Positions 31,243 through 41,911 of a stretch of DNA of 41,911 bases are shown here, one piece after another. Numbering within the stretch: position 1 is the first letter of the stretch; the number at the start of each line of letters is the position of its first letter. The position numbers were made by a program, and so were the translations under genes. The stretch covers positions 66,927 through 108,837 of the forward strand of contig MU619348.1 in the NCBI GenBank assembly GCA_025201805.1. The letters are read 5' to 3'. The notes below the pieces were generated by a model that was not told where the DNA came from, did no database searches, and was given only the letters and a program-made list of their open reading frames with translations. Source of the stretch: Parasitella parasitica NRRL 2501 (Eukaryota; Fungi; Mucoromycota).

Positions 31243-34098
31243 TCAGTACGCTGGATGATTCAATTGTCGTAAACTTGCGAGTTCCTTAGATGGATATAGA
31301 TCTCCTAATTTTTCAGACTGGCAAAGTAGCAAACTGCTTGCTGCTTGTGTTTCTTCTTCAATATAAGATGGTGCAGACGACTTATCAGCATTAGCAAACA
31401 CGGACGGAGAGTTATCCTTGTCAGAGCTGGAAACACTTCCGCCAGATGTGTTTGGATTAGACGTACCAGCAGCAGCATCAGTAATCGCAAATACAGGTGT
31501 ACCAAAATTAGAAGGGACGACGTGTTGGCCAAACTTTTTGTCTTGCTCTTTAACAATTGTCATAGGATGCATGGCTGCGATCTTAGTGTTAGAGCGAGCC
31601 CCTCTCTCGGCTTGCTTATTACTAGTGTCAGTAGTATCTACGAACATGTGATCAAAGACCTCAAATCTACCGGACCTAATTAGGTCTATATCGCGGGAAT
31701 CATGAATAGCAGGTACAGATTCAGAAACAGTAGCCGAAGTCCTATATGCAGTTGTAAGTTCGAAGGGCTGCTCTAATTCGGGGACAATAGACAACGTGTC
31801 ATCATCTCTGAGACCAGTAGTAGCAGTAGCCATAGATACATCATCAATATTATTGGCTGCATCATCAACAGAAGCAACGCCACTTTGTTTGAAAGCAGCA
31901 TCGCCAGCATTATCAGCAACATCATTACTAGCAGTGCAATCAGGAGTTTGGTCATATTGAGGAAAATCATCTGGATCTATGGCAAGGTAAGCAGGAATAT
32001 CCGCAAAAAGATTGTCCAATGTATTAAGATGATGAGCACCAGTGGAGATTTGGGAATTATCAAGTGGAATTGCAGAGATATTCTCGTGTGTAATAGCGGC
32101 ATCAGTAAAATTGATGACTTTTGCAGCAACAGTAACGCAAGCATAATCCTCAGTATTATCTCCAAGAGTTCGGACATCAGACAAAGTCTTTTTGCCCTGG
32201 GAAGTATTTTGAGTATAAACTGAGTTCGCAGCCCTTTTTCGCAATGTACCTGGAGAATAAGAAGCAAATTGATTCTTGGTTAAAGAGGTTGATAAAATAC
32301 TGACTGGTTTCTTTTTGCTGCCTTTATGTGAAGAGTTGACAGCTTTCAGCGTGCTCAGAATGTTTGGGGGTGAAGATGGTGCTGATCTATTCGTTGAAAT
32401 ATCAGGACTGAAAAGTGGTCTAAACTTGAACCGAGTAGTGTCATTGTATGTTTTGTGATGATTTTGTGGTAAAAATAAAAGAGGTTCATCAACAACAAAA
32501 GGGTCTTCAGCAAAAAGATCGAAATAGGGTGAAGCGTCCATCTGACTAATTGCCGTTGAGTTGCTACCATTAGGTTTGCTGTCCTTTTGCGCTTTTTCCT
32601 CTGTTCGTTTGTTGTCTGCTTGATCTTCCAACTGATTAGCAAAGTCGTTTATGTACTGTTTTAACGTAGAAAATCGATATATTTCTTCAGCATAAGACGC
32701 CGGCATGCCGTTGCCAAAGCTAGTAGCGGGTTTAGGTAGAGGTCGAGCCATACTGGATTGTTTGTTTTTCGGCATCTCTTTGCATTTCCCCTTCTCAATT
32801 TCATGTTTCAGTTTATTTGCAAAATTAGCAATGTTCTCTTGTTGGCCTTTATATCGAGCAAGCTCCCGAGCAAATGAAATGGGTACACCATCAGCGAACT
32901 TGGGGGCAGTTCTAGGCGCAGATTGAACATTGCAGGGACTATACTCATCTTTAGAGGAACTAGCTTTTCTGGGAGGAGATCTACGCGAATTACCAATTGG
33001 AACAGAAGGTCTAGGAATGCCAGAATTACGAGCCGCAGGAATACCTGGCTTTTTGTTTGCAAATTTTGAAAGTTTTGCTGCGAGATTGATGTCTTTTAGA
33101 TTGAATGAAAGCTCTGGTATGTCTGAGAAAAAAAAAGAGACAGGTTCAGGACATCTAGTCAGCAATTTGGGTTCCCTTAATTGATTAAGAGCTCTGGTTG
33201 TGATTTTGAATTGCTTGGAGGGTTCAGCAGTACCAGCAGTGGCAAGGTCAAGACTGGCAGATACAGGATTGACAAAGCTAGAATCAATATTATTAGGAGC
33301 ATTAGGAAAACTAAGATAAGAGTTGTTGATCGCAAAGTTATTGTCGCTTTGTGTGGCAAGTTCGTCAGACGCCGACAAACTGGCACTTGCATTTTGAGTA
33401 CTTTCAAAATCTGAAGGGTCAGGAAGACCAGTGGGACCATAATGAGCATAGAGTAGCTCACTCGCAGTATCATTATAGGCAGCAGTATTGGTGAAATCGA
33501 GATTAAGAATTGATAAAAAATTACTAGAAGAAGAATGTTTAGGATCTGCGATCAAGGGCTCTTTGTTGGGCATATTCTTCCTGTCTTGTAGATTTGTGCT
33601 AGGAAGATCGTTATCTATTGTGGCATCTTTATTGCTAACGTTGGTAGTTACACAGTTAGGCTTTTCTTTTAACATTGACTTTTTGATTGATCGATGGAGC
33701 GAGATCCTGTATTCAGAAATGTATGGATACAATACAAGAATCACAAGGGAAACATAAAGCCAGAAATATTGGATATCTTCAATATTGGTATGCTTGGGAA
33801 ACATACTCGAAACCAAATCACCTTCCTTTAATAATTCTGTGGCTAAAGGACCCTTTGTAAAATACTTTGTTACCGAGCTTTGGTTATAAAAATAAGACAT
33901 TGCAGAAACTAAATGCTCGCTTGGCTTTCCTGGGATAGACATATTGAAAACGTCAACGTGGCAAATTGTTGCTAAAGTTATGTTATTAGTCAAGAACCAT
34001 GTAAGCATGAATTGCATGTCAATGAACAAACCATTCAAATTGTTGAATTGGTCAAAAAATGTCTTGCAGAAATCTATAAACATTGTTATACATGACAT
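31243..34098 (-). CDS. Large orphan protein (951 aa or more): N-terminal hydrophobic segments and long S/N/D/A-rich low-complexity region
   Basis: 2856-nt open frame. TM-like YFWLYVSLVILVLYPYI. The frame stays open ~80 nt further upstream to a TAG that could be a splice acceptor, so an upstream exon (ATG 34306, hydrophobic) is possible but I could not join it cleanly. Confidence 0.75.
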   Translation of the reverse strand: MSCITMFIDFCKTFFDQFNNLNGLFIDMQFMLTWFLTNNITLATICHVDVFNMSIPGKPSEHLVSAMSYFYNQSSVTKYFTKGPLATELLKEGDLVSSMFPKHTNIEDIQYFWLYVSLVILVLYPYISEYRISLHRSIKKSMLKEKPNCVTTNVSNKDATIDNDLPSTNLQDRKNMPNKEPLIADPKHSSSSNFLSILNLDFTNTAAYNDTASELLYAHYGPTGLPDPSDFESTQNASASLSASDELATQSDNNFAINNSYLSFPNAPNNIDSSFVNPVSASLDLATAGTAEPSKQFKITTRALNQLREPKLLTRCPEPVSFFFSDIPELSFNLKDINLAAKLSKFANKKPGIPAARNSGIPRPSVPIGNSRRSPPRKASSSKDEYSPCNVQSAPRTAPKFADGVPISFARELARYKGQQENIANFANKLKHEIEKGKCKEMPKNKQSSMARPLPKPATSFGNGMPASYAEEIYRFSTLKQYINDFANQLEDQADNKRTEEKAQKDSKPNGSNSTAISQMDASPYFDLFAEDPFVVDEPLLFLPQNHHKTYNDTTRFKFRPLFSPDISTNRSAPSSPPNILSTLKAVNSSHKGSKKKPVSILSTSLTKNQFASYSPGTLRKRAANSVYTQNTSQGKKTLSDVRTLGDNTEDYACVTVAAKVINFTDAAITHENISAIPLDNSQISTGAHHLNTLDNLFADIPAYLAIDPDDFPQYDQTPDCTASNDVADNAGDAAFKQSGVASVDDAANNIDDVSMATATTGLRDDDTLSIVPELEQPFELTTAYRTSATVSESVPAIHDSRDIDLIRSGRFEVFDHMFVDTTDTSNKQAERGARSNTKIAAMHPMTIVKEQDKKFGQHVVPSNFGTPVFAITDAAAGTSNPNTSGGSVSSSDKDNSPSVFANADKSSAPSYIEEETQAASSLLLCQSEKLGDLYPSKELASLRQLNHPAY

Positions 34099-35221
34099 GG
34101 AACTGGGGGCATAGTCATTGAAATGACAAGCCTGATCAACTGAATTATGCAGGTTAATATGTGCATCATGTAGATTCTATAACATCCCACCTACAGTATT
34201 GTTTCATATAAAGTAATCCTCTAATACCCGCAGTTCGTGGTTCGAACAATAACTCCAACACGGCACAACAAATAATAAAAAATGAGATATGTAAAGAGGT
34301 AATCATGATGTCGAAATGTTATGAAAATTAAAAAAATAAAAAGAGAAAATATTGTACACTATTTCTTTTAAAGGGCTGTAAAGTATTCTGGGCTCTTTGT
34401 AACGCTGGAAACTCAATGAGAATTTTACAACAATGAAACTTGCGCATTTCCCGTATTATATCGTAAATTTGTGTTATATCATTCTCTGCAACAAATAAAT
34501 ATACGGCGAACTTTGCTTATATGTTCATCAAGTATAGTTATCCGATAACAAATTCGTACTAGGATAAAAAATTGTCGTTGTGCCTTGAAAGAGTTATTCA
34601 ATGTGCCTCGTTGACTTTGATAATTGTTTTTAATGCCTTGCATTTGACAAAAACCTCATATATTGGTCAAATATTTATCAGATATCTAATCCTATTTAGC
34701 TGTTCATCAGATTTTCCACCCTGAGCACTTTCTTAAATACTATGACAAACACCATTGCGAAATCACGTTCAATTTTCAGCTGTAAAGAAACAATAAACTT
34801 GCGCCGCTAATCAACTTTCATGTAAACCACCGCTCATTATAAATTCAAGACCTTCAACTGGAGTGCTTACACCTCAGGATTCAAAATTGCTGGCGCAACA
34901 TTTGCTTCTCAGTTGCTGATTAGATCGTAGCCCGAAGTTATAAAGATAATGATTTCTACCACAAGCAAAACGTAGTAGCTTGACACTAATTTTGGTGCAT
35001 ATTTGATGATAAAAATTCATCTAAAGAAAAGCAGCGTTTGCATGACATGTTACACATGTCAAATTGCAGCGATTTGCCTTTGCATGTTCTTTGCATTGAC
35101 AAGAGAGAGCACTAGGAATAAAAACCATCTTCGGAGATCTGCCGTCTGATGCTTTTTCTTTTCGTTTTTTTTTTTCATCTCTCTTTTTCTTTCCTCTTTT
35201 CATTTTGCAACATAAAATACA

Positions 35222-37504
35222 ATGAAATTTGGTCAAACATTAAAAACTTCATTAAATCCTGAATGGACACAGTTTTACCTGGGTATGTTGTTTAAGAAAT
35301 GTCATGCATTTCTCGCTGCTAAATTATTCCGAACTGACATAGACTATGATGCTTTAAAGGCCATTTTAAAAAAAAAGCTTCCTTATATTGAATGGCAAGA
35401 AGAGGACGAGTCAAAATTTGTTGAGAAGCTCGAGAAGGAATTGGCCAAGGTGTATAATTTTCAAAAAGTCAAATTATCAGAGATCACCAAGCACATTCAG
35501 CAGGAAACGCATGAAGTAGATACTTTATGCGAAAAAGAACACCCTGAAGAAGACGATTTCACTGCTTGCGAGATTGAATTGAGCCAAATCATTGCAGATG
35601 TGCATGATTTAGGCAAATTCACTCGCTTAAATTACACTGGTTTTTTGAAAATCATCAAGAAGCATGATGTATGTGGTTTGCAACTTGGCCATATTCTTCC
35701 CTGCACTAATGACAAATTATTAGAAAATAACCAATTGGATTACTAAACCAATGTTTATTGCAAGACTAAATGCAAAGCCGTTCTACAAGGAAAACTACGA
35801 AGCACTCATCATTCGCATTTCAACATTGTACGATCGTGTAAGAACTCGTGGCAAAGAGCGTGGCGGCGATTCTGGAGCCGGTGGTAAACAATCAGCCTTT
35901 GTTAGAAATACGACAAAGTACTGGGTACATCCTGACAACATCACTGAACTCAAATTGATCATTCTCAAACACTTGCCTGTTCTCGTATTCAACCCCAACA
36001 AAGAGTTTGAGGCACAGGATTCTGCCATCAGCAGCATCTACTTTGACAATGACAATTTTGAATTGTATATGGGTAGACTCGAAAAAACTGAAGGCGCGGA
36101 GGCTGTTCGTATGAGATGGTACGGAGGCATGGATACGAAAACTATCTTTGTAGAACGTAAAACACACCACGAAGATTGGACCGGTGAAAAATCCGTCAAG
36201 GCCAGATTTCCAATCAAAGAAAAATACTTGAATGCATACTTGAAGGGCGCTTATACCACTGACGAGCTGTTTTCAAAGATGAAGGAGCAGGGCAACAAAT
36301 CTGAGAAGGAGATTGAGGACATGGAGCAGCTGGCACAGGAAGTGCAGTACTCAGTACTCACTCGCAAGTTTCACCCAATGATAAGAACATTTTACAACCG
36401 CACGGCTTTCCAATTGCCTGGCGATGCTCGTGTTCGAATCAGTCTTGATACAGAGCTTTCCTTGATTCGTGAGGACAATAATGGAGAAGTTAGATCAGGT
36501 GATAACTGGCGCCGCATGGATATTGGCGTTGATTACCCGTTCAAACAGTTGCCTGATGGCGACATTTGTCGCTTCCCTTATGCCGTGCTCGAGGTAAAGT
36601 TGCAAACACAATTTGGCCAAGAACCTCCGCAGTGGATCACGGAGCTTGTCAACTCTCACTTGGTGGAATCTGTTCCCAAATTCTCGAAATTTATTCACGG
36701 TTGCGCCACGTTATTAGAAGATAAAATCAATGTATTGCCATTCTGGCTGCCTCAAATGGAAGTTGATATCCGCAAGCCTGAAACAAGCGCGATTGGTGTT
36801 AAAAGACCAGACGCTATACATAGTAGCTCAACATCATTCGACTCGTCATCGGATGTCAATGACGGGTCCAAATTGACGACTACTGATAGCGTGCAAATTA
36901 CAATGGCTAAAGCCACGGAAAGTACGCCTCTTTTGCCACCTCGACCTGGAACCAAACCAGCAAGACAGCCGGATGAAGAAGGTGGGCTTGATAACTTGAA
37001 AAAATTATCACCTGCTGGCCTTCAATCAGTGTTTAGTAAATCAAAGACTATTTTCAGAAGAAAGAACCCACAAAACCAACAACAGGAATCCCAAACACGT
37101 TCTCGTGTTGTGCCAGTAGCCGCCCCATCTGCAAAGACCTTCTTTGCTAATGAACGCACATTTCTGTCTTGGCTGAGATTTACTCTGCTGTTGGGCGCCT
37201 TGTCGATTGGTTTATTGAACTTTTCAGACCATGTAGGCTATGTATCAGCTGTCATTTTTACACTGTTGGCTGTGGTTGTCATGATCTATGCCTTGTATAA
37301 TTTCCATGTTCGCGCAAATAGTATTGCTCGGAAAGATGTGGGAGATTTCTCTGATAAATATGGCCCTGCCACGTTGACTTTGTTTATGGTAATTGCTGTA
37401 TCCATCAACTTTTATCGTAAGTAGATTTCTTGCATTTTCTAATCTATTGTTTACATTATTTGTTTTGATGTATAGTTCGCTTAAATTCTGAAGGGATGCA
37501 ATAG
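35222..37504 (+). CDS. VTC4: Vacuolar transporter chaperone polyphosphate polymerase (SPX + TTM/VTC + TM domain)
   Basis: SPX: MKFGQTL...DYDALK...[14 protein letters not shown]|K. Catalytic domain: [72 protein letters not shown] part: [13 protein letters not shown]. Introns 35283-35342, ~35669-35722 and 37417-37475. Confidence 0.95.
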
Positions 37505-37734
37505 CCATGATTGGGAGCGATCACAGTAAAAAGTCCGTCTTGCAGGTATTTAAAAAACAATCAAAAATCATCAACTGCTTGACAAGACTGCAGCATCATT
37601 GTTAATTAGTTTACAAAAAAAAAAAAAGTGGGGGGGGGGGGAGAAAACGTTTATTGATTTAAATGTCTACCAGAAAATTATAAAAAAAAAATAAAAAAAT
37701 AAAACTTGTTCATAAAAATACATTATACTACAAA

Positions 37735-39748
37735 TTAAAATTCGAATTCTGGACGGAATTGATTCAAATCTGCTCCTACAACGGCTTTATCTGCTAAATC
37801 ACGACGATCCTAGATGCTTGTTATTAATCACCGTAAACAGAACGAGGTATGTCCACTTACCATCATAATAAATGCCTTTCTCAACATCTCCCAAGAGTTA
37901 TTTGACACATTTACGCCCTCCTCTGAGTCTCCATTGCCTCGTTTGTGCATCGAAAGACCAGTTAAAATATGTTCTGCTGCTTCCTTGTAACAGCCAATGT
38001 TCACACAACTAACACCAATGTTATATCTAGCACGAACAAAAGATGGGCGTAATTCAAGTGCTTTGTGGTATGCATCTATTGCTTCTTCTGAGCGACCATT
38101 GTTCGCCAGAGTGGCACCCATTCGATTCCATAATAGATAGTCCTAAACATCAATGAATATTTGTAGAGCAGCCTAGCCTTTGAAATCTAAAACTTACATC
38201 AGGACGACCCTTCAATGCAGCAACAAAACAGTCGATGGCTTTATCGAGATCACCGCTACCATAGAACAAAACACCTAAACCAACTTGTACATCAGGGTCC
38301 ATCAATTGACCATCAGGAGCTTGTCTCGCAGCAGCCAAGAACAAGTCGGTAACTCTGTCATGCAGTTCAAATGGCGAAGCAGCTTCGGGTAAAGGCAATT
38401 TTCCAGCGACTTGGGGGTATTTTTGCGTAATCCAGCGCTCCAGAGTCTGGTATGCAGCATGATCGTACGATTCATTAGTATAGCTGACCGCCAATGACAT
38501 CAAAGCTTGCAAGTTTCCTGGGTCTGACTCAATAGCTCTCTCCAATGCACGGATAGCCGGCTCTTCCTTTTCATTTTGAGCCTGAACATTACCGAGATGC
38601 ATCCAAGCCTCTGAATTTGCGGGATCTTTCTGTACAACAGCTTCAAAAGCCATAGCAGCATCGCTGAGAGACCCGCCGGATTCCATCAAACGCAAACCTT
38701 CTGACATGGGGTCAGGATGATTTAAAAAGGGATTTGCTATTTCAAATACGTATTCTCCTAAATCAGGTTTGTAAACGGCACCACCGTTATTGAAATTTCC
38801 AAACTCATCTTCCCAATTTTCGTCTTCACCCATCTGTTCACGAATATTTTGCCAGACGTTTTCAAATTGTTCAAAAGCAGGATCCTGTGCAGCGGCGGCT
38901 TCTTCTACTTTGCGAGCCATTTCTTCTTCTGTAGGACCATCAAAGGAAGCAAACTGTTCCTCCCACGACGCATTGTTGTTCAATTCAAGACGCCCTTTGC
39001 CTTTGCCCTGGTGAACATCGAATTCGTTTGCCCAGTCGAAATGTTTCTGGAAAGCGGTTTCGAATTCAGCCAGTTGTGCTGGATTCATATTGGTCACTTC
39101 GGGGTGATTCATGAACTCATCCCTCCAAACTAGTGTTAAAAACGCATTTTGTAAATTAGATGCTATAATAAAACTCTAATTTTTCTTGTCTTACCTGATG
39201 CGCTTTGTGATGGGCCAGCAGCTGCTCTACTCTCTAAGAATGCCTTTTCCATAGCCTCTTCTTCCCCAGGTGTCAATTCCCATAATTTAGGCCCTTGTTG
39301 CTGCTGTTGGTGGCTGCCGAATTCACTTGCCCAACCTCCAGCTGCGGGAATCTGACGAACTGCATCGAGCTCTCTTTGCAAAGCCGAGAATTCAAAGTTA
39401 TTTCCCATATTCATTCTTTGTGGTTGTTGTTGCTGCTCCTGTCCAAAGAATTCATTTATCATGTCTCCTCCCTGGGAAAAACCCGGTCCTTGTCTTTGAG
39501 TACGCATCTAAATGATTTTTCTTTTAGATATGGCTGTTTCTTGAGGACATTTACTTACTGACGATGGTCCAGAACTAGATTGAGAAGGGCCGGCAAATCG
39601 CTCCTAAATTTGCATGAATGTGAGTTTGGATATAGCATGATATGTGAGCCGAAAATATTACTCGTTGAAGAGATCTGTCTTGACCAAATTGCTTCATCAT
39701 TTGAGCCATAGGGTTAACTCCACCGCAAGAATCATCACTGTTCATCAT
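37735..39748 (-). CDS. PEX5: Peroxisomal PTS1 receptor, multi-exon
   Basis: N-terminal conserved Cys (DSCGGVNPM), several WxxxF motifs (WASEF, WRDEF, WANEF, WEEQF, WEDEF), and a TPR domain (AWMHLGNVQAQNEKE, DPDVQVGLGVLF, LLWNRMGATLANNGRSEEAIDAYHKALELRPSFVRARYNIGVSC). Confidence 0.95.
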
Positions 39749-40634
39749 TTTTCAAAGGCTTCTTTTATTTTTCTTCTTGTTTTTGTCTCTTCCACACAAT
39801 GTAAGAAAAGGGGAAGAAAAGGGAAAAAAGTTAAAAGGTGAGAAGATTGGGTAAAAGTCCTTCATTGATGACTAAAAAAAAAACCACAGTTTGAGCCCAG
39901 TTTGTTTGTGGGGTCGAGGTTTCCATTCCCATAAAAAAGATGACACACGATTTAAAATTCTTTAGCTACACTTTGAGATTTCACTGAAATGAGGTGACTA
40001 AGTTAATGGTCCTATGCTTATTCAAATGACAATGGCATTTTTCAGTTGACGCAACCCCATCTTATTCCAAGTTCTCGATTCCAATAGCAATGTTGTCGCA
40101 AATCTCATGTTCTGGTTTTACGCACAAAGAGCCCATTCATTGCTTTGAATGGACGAATGTCTTGTCTCTGTTTTCAACATCGCCTCAATCTCTGTATACA
40201 GTCTTTTTATGGTTTTTGAAAAAAAAGTTCAAGTAAATGATAAAGGTCTTGGTGATTGTGATAATATATTAGGGTTTCTAGTAATAAATATTTTATTTCT
40301 GACAAAAGCTGAGAAGTTTATGAGAGAGGAGAAATGTCTTCCTAAGAATGTTTCAAATAGGATTTCTATTTTTTGAATGAATGACTATTTAGTTTTTATA
40401 CTATCCCATTTTTCCATACAATAAATATTCTTTATCAACACTATCGACATGTACTTCAGATACCTGAAACTGAACAATTACCTAACGGGCCGCTTTGCAA
40501 AATTGTTTGAATTTCATAATTGATGAATTATTTCAGATATTTCCGTTAGATATTAGACCTGTAAATAAACCCTAATATTTAGGCAAGTCTAAAGAACTAC
40601 ATAGGTATTTAAACTAAAAAATGGTTAAACCACA

Positions 40635-40678
40635 AAACCATCAAAGCATCAAAGTACCAAAGTATCAAAGTATCAAAC
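40635..40678. repeat. Short 8-bp tandem repeat (ATCAAAGT-like, ~5 copies)
   Basis: aaaccatcaaagcatcaaagtaccaaagtatcaaagtatcaaac. Confidence 0.7.
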
Positions 40679-41911
40679 TGCATGTACTAATAAGGCATTG
40701 AATTGTACGTATCCCTCAAATTATGCATTTAACAATGAAAGATCATAGCAGATTCAGCAAATGGCATTCTCTATTTTTGTAACTTTGCATTATCATTTTA
40801 TGTTATATCTATTGAGTTAAGGCAGCATATCCAATGTCAAGGGAAGAATATACAGTTAGGACTCGGTATAACGGATGGGTTGGTGTGCAAAAATATGTTT
40901 GGTATTGCAAGTTATTCTCTATTCAGAATTAGATACTCTACAGTACAGTACCTGGAACCTGAGACCTGGAAAATGGAATCTACCAGAAGCTTAACTTTTG
41001 CTAGTAAAATTATTCTCAACCTCAATCCTAAGCTCTCTTCTACTTTTTATTTTACATGTTCAGCTTTAGAATTACAAAAAAAGGGACTCTTGAATTGACA
41101 TTAGGCATTTTTATAAGCACCAGTCGTAATAGGGCTTGTCTGCAACTAGCAATTAGAAATTATGAATTATTCACAAATAACAAGGGGTCATTACAGCAAA
41201 ATATTGTTTTTATCCATTATCTTCTTCTGCTTCCAACTCGATGAGCCGCACCAGATTTAGCATATTACTATGAAGAAAGGTATACTTGTGGTATCAAAAA
41301 TACTTATTTTATAGAGCTATGTCATGTACTAGACTTGATATTGACATGATATCATCTCCAGATAGATATTCTTTACAGCTTAAAAGCAAGGATTTCAGCT
41401 TCGTGTGCCATTTTTTGATTACTTTTCATAATCAAAAGTACCTTGAAAACACGAAAAATAGTATCCATTGGGAAGAAACTATATTATATATGATTTTGGT
41501 GCAATTTGAGCATGATTTTTTTTTCGATGCAAAATGACAGATTTTATCGATTTTTCCGTTGTGTCTACACATCCAAAATCTTCAATTATGCATTATCCTC
41601 ATTTTTGACCTCAAAAATGCAACTTTTTACTATAGCATATATTGGAGGAAAATGATTGTAAAAGACCGTTCTTTGGTCTGAAAGACTGGAAATGCGCTCT
41701 GATTAAGCAAAATGTTGACTTTTCTCCTTAATCTGCTTTTGAGGTTTTCCCGGCAGAATTCTTCCAATAAGCATACGGGAATTATGAAATGGTACCATCG
41801 TGTAGAGCGTCCAAAGATACAGCTATTATCATAGACTGACAGCCGTGGTATGCATAGTATCAAAGAATGATATCTTGCCTCAAAAGAGTAACTTTGTTTT
41901 TTTTTTTTTTT

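Noticed and set aside
40149-41863. Short ORFs in the AT-rich right end of the window
   Set aside because: All under 90 aa, no motifs, no clear exon structure; no TIR or LTR pair found.

Overview
Eukaryotic, AT-rich fungal genomic DNA. The short 50-70 nt GT-AG introns and the protein style point to Mucorales (Mucor-like); this is inference, not a database result. I can support about 17 protein-coding genes: a CABLES-like cyclin-box protein, a secreted A1 aspartic protease, RPS24, GINS subunit Psf3, a membrane GNAT acetyltransferase, a DH-domain RhoGEF, an HMT1/ABCB6-type ABC transporter, LCL2, a TIS11/Cth2-type tandem CCCH protein, an NDUFAF4-like protein, an MCT-type MFS transporter, a kynurenine/glutamine aminotransferase, VTC4, PEX5 and three orphan ORFs. 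Intergenic DNA holds an intact Harbinger/Tourist-type MITE (597-1230), a probable Tc1/IS630 transposase relic, a ~20-bp periodic array and a ~680-bp foldback inverted repeat. The strongest hidden signals are: (1) a 2-nt microexon (GG, 26387-26388) needed to keep the MFS transporter in frame; (2) an AUG-less, in-frame mitochondrial-presequence-like extension on the aminotransferase; (3) the long hairpin upstream of the MFS gene. No prokaryote-type system (CRISPR, operon) is present. Exon boundaries were read by eye and need RNA-seq confirmation.
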